Shown one piece after another: positions 34,945 through 44,474 of a stretch of DNA of 64,000 nt. The stretch comes from an uncultured Vampirovibrio sp. GTDB taxonomy: Bacteria > Cyanobacteriota > Vampirovibrionia > Gastranaerophilales > Gastranaerophilaceae. The translations under genes and the position numbers were made by a program. The notes beneath the pieces are model-generated. The model ran no database searches and was not told the DNA's origin. It was given only the letters and a program-made list of their open reading frames with translations. The stretch covers positions 19,538 to 83,537 of the forward strand of contig CAJTNR010000004.1 in the NCBI GenBank assembly GCA_910577635.1. The letters run 5' to 3'. Within the stretch, counting starts at the first letter, position 1. Each line of letters begins with the position of its first letter.

Positions 34945-37194
34945 GTGGGTATGAAAAAAAAATTAAACATAGCTTTTATATGGCATTTTCATCAGCCTAA
35001 CTATCAACCTGATTATGATAGCGATTTTCTGCTTCCCTGGGTAAGATTGCACGCTTCTAAAGATTATCTTGATATGTTGAAGCGTATTGACAAATTTGAA
35101 AACTTAAAGCTTAATTTTAATTTTTCCCCTGTATTGTTAGGGGATTTGCAAAAATATGCAAGAGGGTATAAGGATATTCACCTTTGGCTTTTAATTAAAG
35201 AAATTAATGATCTTACTTTTCAGGATAAAATTTTCATTCTTAATAATTACTTTGATTTAAACTATAAAAACATGGTGCTTAAAAGACCATACTTTACGGA
35301 ACTCTATAACACAAGAGCAAATGCTAAAGCAATCAATACCCAGATGTTTACATCTCAGCAATATGCTGATATAATGGCAAATTTTACACTCTGTTGGATA
35401 GATGAAAGTTTTAAGAATGACTATCCGGTTCTTGTTGAATTATTTGATAAACAAAAAGATTTTTCACTGGATGACAGAAAAAAAATATATGATATTCAGC
35501 TTGATATAATTAAAAGAATCCTTGTTGAGTATAAAAATTATCAGGACAAAAATAAAATCGAAGTTTCAATAAGTCCTTATTATCATCCTGTTCTTCCCTT
35601 GCTTCTTGATTTTAAGAATAAAGAAATTAAGAATTATGAAAATTTACCGCACAATTCTTTATATATCAGCGATTCTAAAGAACAAATTGATCTTGCAGTT
35701 GATAAATACATTGAAATTTTTGGCAAAAAACCAAACGGAATCTGGCTATCCGAACAGTGTGTCTGTGCTAAGACTGCAGAATTAATTGCAAAAAAAGACT
35801 TTAATTGGACAGTTCTTGATGAAGGAATTCTATCGAAGAGCATAAAGAAAGAATTCATAAGGGATTTTGAAGGCAATCTTGAGAATCCATTTGCTCTTAA
35901 TACAAACTATAGAACAAAAACCAAGAATCCTATCAATATTTTATTTGCAGACTCATTCTTTTCTAATCTTCTCAATTTTGGATATGGCAATTATGATTAC
36001 AGAATTGCTGCTAATGATATGTATGAAAAAATTAAAACAATTCAATCCAAACTTCAAAGTTCCCCCAGAGAAGATCATATTCTAACAATAGCTTTAGATG
36101 GCGAAAATTGCTGGGAGACATATCAGAATGATGGAAGTGATTTTTTAGATGCTCTTTATGGATTAATTAATGCAGATGAAAGCTTGGAAACGGTTCTTGT
36201 TAATGAGTTTATAGAAAAAGCAAAGCCAGATATTCTTGAGAATCTAAAACCGGGTTCTTGGATAAACAGAAACTTTGATTTATGGATAGGTGAATCCACT
36301 AAAAACATCGCCTGGCTCTATCTAACAAGCGTTACTAATGATTTTTTAAACTACAAAAAAGAAATCCTTGAAAAAACAACCAATGCTAAAGAAAAAAAAG
36401 AAATAAAACGTTTGTTAGAACTTGCCCATAGGGAACTCTTGGTCTGTCAGGGGTCTGATTGGTACTGGTGGTACGGAGAGCCTAATGAATCAAGAAGTGA
36501 CGGCATATTTGATTTTCTATTCAGAACTCACTTAATGAATGTCTATCAATTCCTTGGTTTAGATATTCCTCAATACTTAACTGTCCCTTTGGCTAATGCT
36601 ACTACAAGACCGCTTAGAAATCCTATTTGTGAAATTAGTCCGAGTTTATCTTGTTATGATTCAAATAAAGAATGGGAAAACGCCGGTTTAATCTTTGTTC
36701 CTGACGGTCCTACCTCTAATATTAACAGATTAATTAAGAATATTTACTTTGGTTATGATAAAAAATACATTTATTATAGATTTGAACTCAATAAAAATTC
36801 GATTAAAATGCACTACAATCAAATCGAAAAACAGATTGCAATTTACTTCACAAGCGATAAATCAAGCTGTTTTTCACCTGTGCGCTTTGTAAGCAAAAAC
36901 GAGAATGCAATTTATCCAATAATCAAGAATCAATTCTCAAGAGAGCTAAGGTTTGTTTTTGATAATAAAAATGTTTCAAAGCTTTATTTAAACAAAGCCT
37001 GCCCCTGGGGCTTGTGGACAAGTTTGCAGGCAAAAAACTCAAAAATTGCATATAATGATGTAATTGAACTCAAAGTTGCTTACAGTGATTTGAACTTCGA
37101 AAACAATGAATTCTCATTCTTTATAATTGATTTATCCAATGAATTAATAAACGAAGCTTACCCTCAAGATGCTTTAATTGATTTAAAGTACTAA
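34945..37194 (+). CDS. glycoside hydrolase family 57 protein
   Basis: N-terminal FIWHFHQPNY...PWVRLHASKDYLDM and later ALDGENCWE motifs are typical of GH57. The start may be ATG 34951. Confidence 0.88.
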   Translation: MGMKKKLNIAFIWHFHQPNYQPDYDSDFLLPWVRLHASKDYLDMLKRIDKFENLKLNFNFSPVLLGDLQKYARGYKDIHLWLLIKEINDLTFQDKIFILNNYFDLNYKNMVLKRPYFTELYNTRANAKAINTQMFTSQQYADIMANFTLCWIDESFKNDYPVLVELFDKQKDFSLDDRKKIYDIQLDIIKRILVEYKNYQDKNKIEVSISPYYHPVLPLLLDFKNKEIKNYENLPHNSLYISDSKEQIDLAVDKYIEIFGKKPNGIWLSEQCVCAKTAELIAKKDFNWTVLDEGILSKSIKKEFIRDFEGNLENPFALNTNYRTKTKNPINILFADSFFSNLLNFGYGNYDYRIAANDMYEKIKTIQSKLQSSPREDHILTIALDGENCWETYQNDGSDFLDALYGLINADESLETVLVNEFIEKAKPDILENLKPGSWINRNFDLWIGESTKNIAWLYLTSVTNDFLNYKKEILEKTTNAKEKKEIKRLLELAHRELLVCQGSDWYWWYGEPNESRSDGIFDFLFRTHLMNVYQFLGLDIPQYLTVPLANATTRPLRNPICEISPSLSCYDSNKEWENAGLIFVPDGPTSNINRLIKNIYFGYDKKYIYYRFELNKNSIKMHYNQIEKQIAIYFTSDKSSCFSPVRFVSKNENAIYPIIKNQFSRELRFVFDNKNVSKLYLNKACPWGLWTSLQAKNSKIAYNDVIELKVAYSDLNFENNEFSFFIIDLSNELINEAYPQDALIDLKY

Positions 37195-39185
37195 TCTCTT
37201 ACCTCAAAGGATATTTCCCATTCTTCTTCTTTTTTTTGCTCTTCTTTAGTTATAGCCCCTACAAACTCAGCATCAATTTGAGCTTTCTTAGAATAATCCT
37301 CAATTTTTTCAATTTTAACATTAGGAAAATCGAGTTGCGCTGACTCTTTTTTAATATTTTGGATATTCTCAATTGTAGGAATGACTGGTTTTTCTTGTTC
37401 TTTTTGCTCTTCTTTAATCTCTTTTAAGGGCAGCCAAAAACCGAAAGTTGAGCCTTCTTTTGGTTTTGAATTAACAAAAACTTTTCCTTTGTGGTGTTTT
37501 TCAATTGCAACTTTTACCAAATGAAGCCCCAAGCCTGTTCCTTTAACTGTATGAACCTGGTTTTCAATTCTGTAGAATCTTTCAAAAATCATTTTTTGAT
37601 GTTCGGCAGATATTCCAACACCGTTATCTTCAACAGTTACCTCTAAATAATTAGTGTTTCTGGCAATTTCTGCCCTTATTTTTACTCTTGAATTATCAGG
37701 TGAATATTTAATAGCATTAGTAATCAAATTACTTAAAACCCTTTCAATACTCTGGGCATTGTAAGGAACATAGGGAAGGTTGTCCTCTTTTATAAAAGAA
37801 ATTGAAATTGATTTTTCATCTGCTAAAACTTTATGACTCTGTATAATTTTTTCAATAGTTTTAGTTATATCCTGACTCTCTTTTTCCATTTTCCTATCAG
37901 ATTGAATACGTGAAAAATCCAATATATCGTTAACCATGCGATTCAAACGGATAACTTCTTGATTTATTGTTCCAATGAATTCTTTTTGTTCTGCAAAATT
38001 AAAATTATCTCCATAATTATAAAGAGTATCAGCATAGCTGCTAAGGATAGTAACAGGAGTTCTTAATTCGTGTGAAACATTGGATATAAAGTCATTTTTG
38101 AGCTTATCAACCTCGATTTCTTTTGTAATATCAATAAGGATAATAATATATCCCAGATAATCATGCATTTTAGAATACATTGGAGAAATTATTGCCTTAA
38201 GAATTCTTGAATCTACTTCAATGTTAAACTCAAGTGGTTTTTTTTCAATTATATCTAAAGGAGTGTTTTTAAAAACTGCAATTTTTTCCCTAAAACACAA
38301 TTCTCCTCTTGTATCACAATAATTCTGAATCGAAGTGTTGAGAAGATCTTTTTGATTGCTTGCAAGAATCTTTAGCGCAGCAGGATTTATCATTGAAATT
38401 TTGTCATAATTATCACAAACAACAACACCATTAGCAATACTCATTAAAACAGATTCCAGTTTATTGCGCTCAAGTGTTAGTTGATCAACGTTTTGTTCTT
38501 CGTAGTTATGAAGTTTTTTTGACATATCATTAAAAGCATCAAACAACTCTTTAATTTCACCTGATGCCTGATTGTAATCTAAAACCGTTCCAAATTTTCC
38601 CTGCTCAATCTCTTTAACCCCCTGATGCAATAAATTAAGTTCTCTTCGAATTAAAAATGCATTAGCAAGTATTACAATTGTAAAAACAATCCAGATTGTA
38701 CTAAAAACAACAAACATTGAGTTTTTAGCAGTTAAAGTAACGTTTTTTGCTAAATCTGCCGACAATCCAACCTCAACTGTGCCGGTAATTTTATTGTTAG
38801 AATCAAGAATAGGAGAGGAAATATTCGTATCTGTTTTTTTTGCTCTTTTAGAATAGTTCTCAATTGTTGTATAGATAATTTCCCCTTTTTTATTCTTAAA
38901 AGTAATATAGGAAATATCATTAGTTGAAGAAAGAATTGAATTAACGTGTGCTTTAATAAAAGAGAGTTTTGTCGGATCCAGAGTATTTTTAGTAATCTCA
39001 TGGTTTTGAACAGCAAGGGTTTTAACAAGCAGCTGCCCAAAACTCTGATAGCTTTTATCCAATTCGCCCTTAACTTTATTAACCGCCCAAAAAGCAATAG
39101 TTACAATTAAAACGGTTGAAAAAATAAGAGCAAAAAGTATAAGTTTATTCTGAATACTTAAATCTATTGTAAATTTTTTCTTCAT
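37191..39185 (-). CDS. sensor histidine kinase (2 TM, HAMP, PAS-like, HisKA, HATPase) with acidic/basic C-terminal tail
   Basis: H-box NVSHELRTPVT, N-box LSNLITNAIKYS, G-boxes DNGVGI and GTGLGL. About 80 extra Glu/Lys-rich residues follow the ATPase domain. Confidence 0.9.
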   Translation of the reverse strand: MKKKFTIDLSIQNKLILFALIFSTVLIVTIAFWAVNKVKGELDKSYQSFGQLLVKTLAVQNHEITKNTLDPTKLSFIKAHVNSILSSTNDISYITFKNKKGEIIYTTIENYSKRAKKTDTNISSPILDSNNKITGTVEVGLSADLAKNVTLTAKNSMFVVFSTIWIVFTIVILANAFLIRRELNLLHQGVKEIEQGKFGTVLDYNQASGEIKELFDAFNDMSKKLHNYEEQNVDQLTLERNKLESVLMSIANGVVVCDNYDKISMINPAALKILASNQKDLLNTSIQNYCDTRGELCFREKIAVFKNTPLDIIEKKPLEFNIEVDSRILKAIISPMYSKMHDYLGYIIILIDITKEIEVDKLKNDFISNVSHELRTPVTILSSYADTLYNYGDNFNFAEQKEFIGTINQEVIRLNRMVNDILDFSRIQSDRKMEKESQDITKTIEKIIQSHKVLADEKSISISFIKEDNLPYVPYNAQSIERVLSNLITNAIKYSPDNSRVKIRAEIARNTNYLEVTVEDNGVGISAEHQKMIFERFYRIENQVHTVKGTGLGLHLVKVAIEKHHKGKVFVNSKPKEGSTFGFWLPLKEIKEEQKEQEKPVIPTIENIQNIKKESAQLDFPNVKIEKIEDYSKKAQIDAEFVGAITKEEQKKEEEWEISFEVRD

Positions 39186-39210
39186 ACTAAAAATTGTAAC
39201 ATAAATATAA

Positions 39211-40017
39211 TTATTGTTTATCTGCTAAAAGATTCTCGACTAAATCAATCTGTTTTTTTAGTTTATCAAGTTCTTTTTCAAGATTAGACCTGTCTTTTGC
39301 TTTTTTAATTTTTAATCTAACCTTCTCTTTTTCGCTCAACTCACCGATTGCATTCACAACAACCCCTACAATTACATTCATTACAATAAAAGAAGAGGAT
39401 AGTATAAATAGGATAAAATATATCCAGGCGTAAGGAAAAACAGCTATAACAGGTCTTGCGATACCCATTGACCAGCTTTCAAGGGTCATTATCTGGAATA
39501 GAGAAAACATGCTTTTCCCGATTGTTCCAAAAAACTCGGGAAATGCTTCTTGAAACATTGTTGTACCCATTATTGCAAAAATATAGAAAATTAAAAGCAG
39601 CAAAACACTAGCCCAGCCGACATTAGGGATAGATTCAATAATTGCCTGAACAATAATTCTTAATCTTTGAAGTCTTACAACAAGTCTTAATGCCCTCAAT
39701 GCCCTTAGAACCCTAAAAGCTCTAAAGGATGAGAAAATACCGCCTGTTGGTATCCAGGACATTGCAACAAGAATAAAATCGAAAATATTCCAAGGGTCTT
39801 TAAAAAAAGACTTTTTGTAAACATAAAGTTTAATTATAATTTCAATTGAGAAAATAATTACACAAATATTGCAGGTTAGATTAAGGAAACTCCCATATTG
39901 TTTGTGGATTTGAGGATAAGTCAAAAGCCCCAGCACAATTGAGTTAAAGATAATAGCTGCAAGAATAAAATTGACTGTGTAGTTGTGTTCTATAAAAATT
40001 TTTAGATTCTTTTTCAT
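39211..40017 (-). CDS. voltage-gated ion channel, bacterial NaV (NaChBac/NavAb-like)
   Basis: Six TM segments. S4 has Arg at every third position (FRAFRVLRALRALRLVVRLQRLR). The pore motif FQIMTLESWSMGIARP (TLESWS = nt 39469-39486) is nearly identical to the NavAb/NaChBac selectivity filter. C-terminal coiled coil present. Confidence 0.88.
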   Translation of the reverse strand: MKKNLKIFIEHNYTVNFILAAIIFNSIVLGLLTYPQIHKQYGSFLNLTCNICVIIFSIEIIIKLYVYKKSFFKDPWNIFDFILVAMSWIPTGGIFSSFRAFRVLRALRALRLVVRLQRLRIIVQAIIESIPNVGWASVLLLLIFYIFAIMGTTMFQEAFPEFFGTIGKSMFSLFQIMTLESWSMGIARPVIAVFPYAWIYFILFILSSSFIVMNVIVGVVVNAIGELSEKEKVRLKIKKAKDRSNLEKELDKLKKQIDLVENLLADKQ

Positions 40018-40038
40018 AGAATTATTATAATATAAAAA

Positions 40039-42738
40039 TTAATTTTTATTTATCTCATCAATTATTTTTTTATCCGCATTAATTAATTTTACAGGATCGC
40101 AAGAAAAAGCATAGCGGGCAGTCTTTTGGATATCTTCAATACCAATTCTATCCAATAATTCTATATTACTTTGAATTGATTCTAATCCCTGAGGTGTTTT
40201 TAAATATTCAAGAAGTTCAACTTCAAATGCAAAAGAAACATTTCTGCTGTTATAAATATTTCTTCTATATTCGCTTTTTGCTTCTTCTAATTCAGCGTTA
40301 GTTACGGGTTTTTGAATCAGTTTTTGAATATTATTTGAAAAACCTTGAAAAATTCTATCAACATCGTTTTTATTATTGCAGCTGGATTGAATATCCAGTG
40401 TAATTGTACCTAAAGACCCAAGTGAGCTGTAGTTTGCGCTGACACTATAAGCAAGTCCTTGTTTTTCTCGCAAATCATCGTATAACCTGTTACTTAAGAT
40501 AGAAGCTAATAATACAAACCTTATTCTATCTTTAGGATTAGAGTTAATTGAAAAATTATACAAACTTTGCATTCTAGGCTGCGCTAGAGTTTCTTTAGCA
40601 TATGTTTTTGAAGTAGTATTTTTTATTTTTCGCTCTATTTGCTCTTGAGGATTTTTAAAGCAATAGCCGCTAATATTAATCCCTGAAGCAATTTCATTTA
40701 ACAGTTGCAAATTATCAACAAAAGGAGCACTAACAACAACTGTTGAATAAGAATTCTTAACAATTTCATTGTAATAAAGAATTAATTCACTTAAAGTAAG
40801 ACTTTCAAGAGCTTTTTTCAGCTCATAAGGGTTTTTTGTATGGTTTTGACCAAACGCATCTTTGCAATAAGCACTGTAGGCATCTTCTTTTAAGTTGCTA
40901 ATATCAACCAGTGCTTCTTTTTTTGCTTCGTTGAATTTTTCTATTGTAAAATCGATATCATATCTTGATTTAAGAATTTTTAAAGTTTCAGAGATATTGT
41001 CCACTTTAGCTGATGCCCCGAGGATAAAACCTGTATTAGAATCAAGTGACAAAAAGGTTGTTGAATTATTTTTTATTTGATTATAGTTTTGTTCAACATT
41101 AAGTGAATTCTTCATTTTTTCAAGCACATATCTACAAGCGGTATTATAAGAATCTAAATTAGGATTATAAAGTTCTTTAATAATATTACATTCATTATTC
41201 TTTGAATTAAGCGCAATAAACCTTGTATTGTCGGGCAATATTGCAGTAAAAAGAGCATCTTTAGAATAAGGCTCAATGTTATATGTTTGCATTTTATTGC
41301 TAATATCAATTCTTTGAATATTTTTAGGAACAATTACAGGTTGAATCATTTTTTTCGAATCATTATATTTTTTTTCAATATCAGCTAAACTTGTCCCTTT
41401 GGGATGTACATTAACAAAAGCAAAATTATTAAAATCAAAGTATTTAATTGCATCTATAATATCTTCTTTAGATAAATTCCTAATAAGCTCTTTTTCTTGA
41501 CAAAAACCTGAATTCAAAAGGTTAGAACTTGCATTATCAGCTATTTGCAAGTTATCATTACAGCTAAGATCCAGCTTTTCTATTAATACGTTTTTGACAA
41601 AATCAAGCTGGTAATCCTCAATTCCTCCAAGGGTAAATTTTTTAAGCAATTCCTGAAGCTTATTAAGGAGCTCATATTCGTTTGTTTCATTAAGACTTGC
41701 CTCAAGAGAGATTGTTGAATAATAAGAATTCAAAGGAGCATTGAGCGAAACAAAATTGGTTGAGCTTTCAATAAGATACAATAGCGCATCCAATTTAATT
41801 TTTTCAATTGGATTATTACTCTTCTTAATTAAAAACTCGAGTTTTGTATAGCCGATTGTATCTTCCTTAGAGACAATATCTTTTCTTTTAATTCCCGTTT
41901 TTAAAGGAAAAAAAGGTCTTTTAGTTTCCTTTGCTTGTTTTTTATTATAGGCTTCAAGAAAAGGACCTGCAATACTTTTAATGAGCTTATCAGGGTTATT
42001 ATCGCTTACAATTACAAAAGCACTGTTATTTGGAGTATAGAAGCTGTCGTGAAAGCTGAATAAATCTTCTTTAGTAATTGAATCAATGGTTTTACTGTTA
42101 CCTGAAATTATATCAACACTATTTGAATCCAAACCGATTAGTTCTTTTTTTATCATGTTATTGGAAATGTTATATTCGTCTTGTTCATACTTTTGCGCTT
42201 CAGCTTTAACAACCGCTTTTTCTTTATCGAGCTTATTAAACTTAGGATTATAAATCATATCAGCAAGAATATCTATGGCTTTGACAATATTTTCTTCTTT
42301 ATTATTATCTAAAGTAATATAATAGCTTGTATCAAAGGTTGTTGTTGCAGCATTAGAATAACCACCGAGTTTTTTAATTTCGCTTTCAATATCTTCATAT
42401 TTTTTACTGCTATGGAAACTTGAATGCTCAATCAAGTGTGCTAAACCGGTTTTTCCCTCTGGTTCATCTAAAGAACCTGCACCAATGCGGCATTCTATTG
42501 AAGGACAGCCCTCCTTTTGAACAATTGCAATTTTTTGCCCGTTAGAAAGTCTGTAAATGTGGATATCATCATTATTGGGAGTCTTTTGTATCGCAAGTTT
42601 TATATAATCACTTTTTTGCACACCATAATAAGGCAGGTTTAAAGATTCAATATCTTTTGAATTTTTTTTCAATAAAACCTGCTTTTTTTGCGATTTATAA
42701 TAACTGTAAGAATTATTAATCGGGCTGAAATTAATCAT
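40039..42738 (-). CDS. M16-family (pitrilysin/insulinase-like) zinc peptidase, two-module
   Basis: Inverted zinc motif HLIEH (GLAHLIEHSSFH) near the N-terminus. At 899 aa it is consistent with fused active and inactive M16 halves. Confidence 0.85.
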   Translation of the reverse strand: MINFSPINNSYSYYKSQKKQVLLKKNSKDIESLNLPYYGVQKSDYIKLAIQKTPNNDDIHIYRLSNGQKIAIVQKEGCPSIECRIGAGSLDEPEGKTGLAHLIEHSSFHSSKKYEDIESEIKKLGGYSNAATTTFDTSYYITLDNNKEENIVKAIDILADMIYNPKFNKLDKEKAVVKAEAQKYEQDEYNISNNMIKKELIGLDSNSVDIISGNSKTIDSITKEDLFSFHDSFYTPNNSAFVIVSDNNPDKLIKSIAGPFLEAYNKKQAKETKRPFFPLKTGIKRKDIVSKEDTIGYTKLEFLIKKSNNPIEKIKLDALLYLIESSTNFVSLNAPLNSYYSTISLEASLNETNEYELLNKLQELLKKFTLGGIEDYQLDFVKNVLIEKLDLSCNDNLQIADNASSNLLNSGFCQEKELIRNLSKEDIIDAIKYFDFNNFAFVNVHPKGTSLADIEKKYNDSKKMIQPVIVPKNIQRIDISNKMQTYNIEPYSKDALFTAILPDNTRFIALNSKNNECNIIKELYNPNLDSYNTACRYVLEKMKNSLNVEQNYNQIKNNSTTFLSLDSNTGFILGASAKVDNISETLKILKSRYDIDFTIEKFNEAKKEALVDISNLKEDAYSAYCKDAFGQNHTKNPYELKKALESLTLSELILYYNEIVKNSYSTVVVSAPFVDNLQLLNEIASGINISGYCFKNPQEQIERKIKNTTSKTYAKETLAQPRMQSLYNFSINSNPKDRIRFVLLASILSNRLYDDLREKQGLAYSVSANYSSLGSLGTITLDIQSSCNNKNDVDRIFQGFSNNIQKLIQKPVTNAELEEAKSEYRRNIYNSRNVSFAFEVELLEYLKTPQGLESIQSNIELLDRIGIEDIQKTARYAFSCDPVKLINADKKIIDEINKN

Positions 42739-42776
42739 TATACTTTAATAAAACCTAAGAATGTATAAAAATTGCC

Positions 42777-43286
42777 TTATAAATTAAGCCTATAAACAAA
42801 TTCGTATAAATAAACATTTCCTCCTAAGTACCTTGCTATTTCCTTTTGAAAAACAAATCCCCAGGAAGTAAAAACCGAATTGGATGAGCTTTTGCTGTTA
42901 ACAATTGAAGCTTCAATTTTATTATAGCCGCATTTTTTACTCTCTTCTATCAGTAAATTTAGAATCTTTCTTCCCAAACCCTTATTTCTGTGTTTTTTTT
43001 CTAAAAAAAATCTTAGAATATTAAAAAAATTTTCTTTCAACTGCATCTCTAAAAACCCGATATAATTTTTTTCATAGCAGACAATGTAGTAATCTCTCTT
43101 TTTTTCTTTAATTTCCCGCGCTATGGTTTCTTTATTAATAAAAACAGATATACTGCTAAACTCTTGTTTGTTTAGAATCGGGTAAAAGTATTCTTTTAAT
43201 AAAGGCAGCTCAAGAGTAATTAAAGTATCTATTAATTTTTTATCATTTGATTTAAGTTTAACTAATTCAATCATTCTATTTATCAA
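42777..43286 (-). CDS. GNAT-family N-acetyltransferase
   Basis: Acetyl-CoA binding pattern HRNKGLGRKILNLLIEE. 169 aa. TTG start (an ATG 12 nt downstream is also possible). Confidence 0.75.
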   Translation of the reverse strand: MINRMIELVKLKSNDKKLIDTLITLELPLLKEYFYPILNKQEFSSISVFINKETIAREIKEKKRDYYIVCYEKNYIGFLEMQLKENFFNILRFFLEKKHRNKGLGRKILNLLIEESKKCGYNKIEASIVNSKSSSNSVFTSWGFVFQKEIARYLGGNVYLYEFVYRLNL

Positions 43287-43322
43287 AAACTAAGATTACC
43301 AGATATATGTCAAGAATAACAT

Positions 43323-43353
43323 AAAAAAACCCTTTCAGTTTGCTGAAAGGGGG
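43323..43353 (-). terminator. orphan intrinsic terminator oriented on the minus strand
   Basis: Stem CCCTTTCAG/CTGAAAGGG (43330-43338 / 43343-43351), loop TTTG. The minus-strand reading is followed by TTTTTTT (43329-43323). No annotated minus-strand gene lies upstream of it. Confidence 0.6.
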
Positions 43354-43568
43354 AATTTGTAAGTTTGATATCCTCGGGTTTTAATAATTACTCTCTTGTA
43401 TATATAAAGTATATTTGAGTTATAAAATTGCTATATAATTCTTATTTATTGCAATATTTCTTAACAAAAAACTTCAAACCCAATGTTTGCAATAGTTTTA
43501 AATTGTTAAGATAAATTAAGAAAACATTCAAAAAATAAAAGACTTATTAATATTTCTTAATAAACCTC

Positions 43569-43597
43569 TTGAAAAGATAATTTCATAATGATATATT
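43569..43597 (+). promoter_or_regulatory. sigma-70-type promoter of the sigma factor gene
   Basis: TTGAAA (43569-43574), 17-nt spacer ending in TGa, TATATT (43592-43597). Lies about 45 nt upstream of ATG 43644. Confidence 0.5.
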
Positions 43598-43643
43598 AAA
43601 TATATAAAGATTATATATTATTGTGTTGCAAAAGGGGTATTAT

Positions 43644-44429
43644 ATGAAAAATTTGAAAAAAACTGCCAAAACTATTGAAATTGATTTACTTATTAAAGCT
43701 CAAAAAGGGGATATTTATTCAAGGAATTTATTAATTGAAAAATCAATTCCTCTTGTTAAAAAAATTGCCGCAAAATGCATTCACTGCAGCAGTTTATCTA
43801 ATAATGACTTAGTGCAGGAAGGGATTTTAGGTTTAATAACAGCAGTTGAAAAGTTCAACCCCGCACTTGGAGCTAAATTTGAAACTTACGCTCAATGGTG
43901 GGTAAAACAAGCAATGTTTAAGGCAATATCTGAACAATCATATGCTTATAATATCCCTGTTTATGTTCAAGAGACTCTATCTCGCTACAAAAAAACAAAA
44001 CAAGAATTAGAACAAAAAGAAAATAGAGAAGTTGCAAAAAAAGATGTTGCAAAAAAGCTCAATTTATCAGAAGAAAAAATAGACACTTTTCTTAATGTTT
44101 TCAACAAAGCTCTTTCAATTGAATCAGGTTCTAAATTAACCAACAATAAAGAACTTTGTCTGGCTGAAATTATTGAAGATGAAAAACAAAATGTTGAAAA
44201 ACAGGTTATTGATATTGAACTTAGAAAAGATATTAAAAAAGCACTTGATAATCTAAAAGAAAAAGAAAAAAACGTCCTTATACTAAGATTCGGGCTTGAG
44301 AATAAACAAAAACAAACTCTTGAAGCAATCGGTGAATACTACAATGTTACTAAAGAATGCATAAGACAGATTGAGAAAAAAGCATTGAATAAAATTAGAA
44401 TTAATAATTCATTAATATCTTATAAATAA
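43644..44429 (+). CDS. RNA polymerase sigma factor, sigma-70 family (short, no region 1.1)
   Basis: Region 2 DLVQEGILGLITAVEKFNP...FETYAQWWVKQAM and region 4 HTH LEAIGEYYNVTKECIRQIEKKALNKIR. AAAGGGG SD before ATG 43644. Confidence 0.88.
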   Translation: MKNLKKTAKTIEIDLLIKAQKGDIYSRNLLIEKSIPLVKKIAAKCIHCSSLSNNDLVQEGILGLITAVEKFNPALGAKFETYAQWWVKQAMFKAISEQSYAYNIPVYVQETLSRYKKTKQELEQKENREVAKKDVAKKLNLSEEKIDTFLNVFNKALSIESGSKLTNNKELCLAEIIEDEKQNVEKQVIDIELRKDIKKALDNLKEKEKNVLILRFGLENKQKQTLEAIGEYYNVTKECIRQIEKKALNKIRINNSLISYK

Positions 44430-44474
44430 TTTTAGTGCTAGAATTATCTTATTCAATTAAATAGGAATAAGATA

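Noticed and set aside
43354-43568. Known housekeeping ncRNA (6S, tmRNA, RNase P, SRP RNA) in the long spacer upstream of the sigma gene
   Set aside because: I could not recognise any of their conserved motifs or long-range helices by eye, and the region is extremely AT-rich. I leave it as an unexplained spacer with an orphan terminator.
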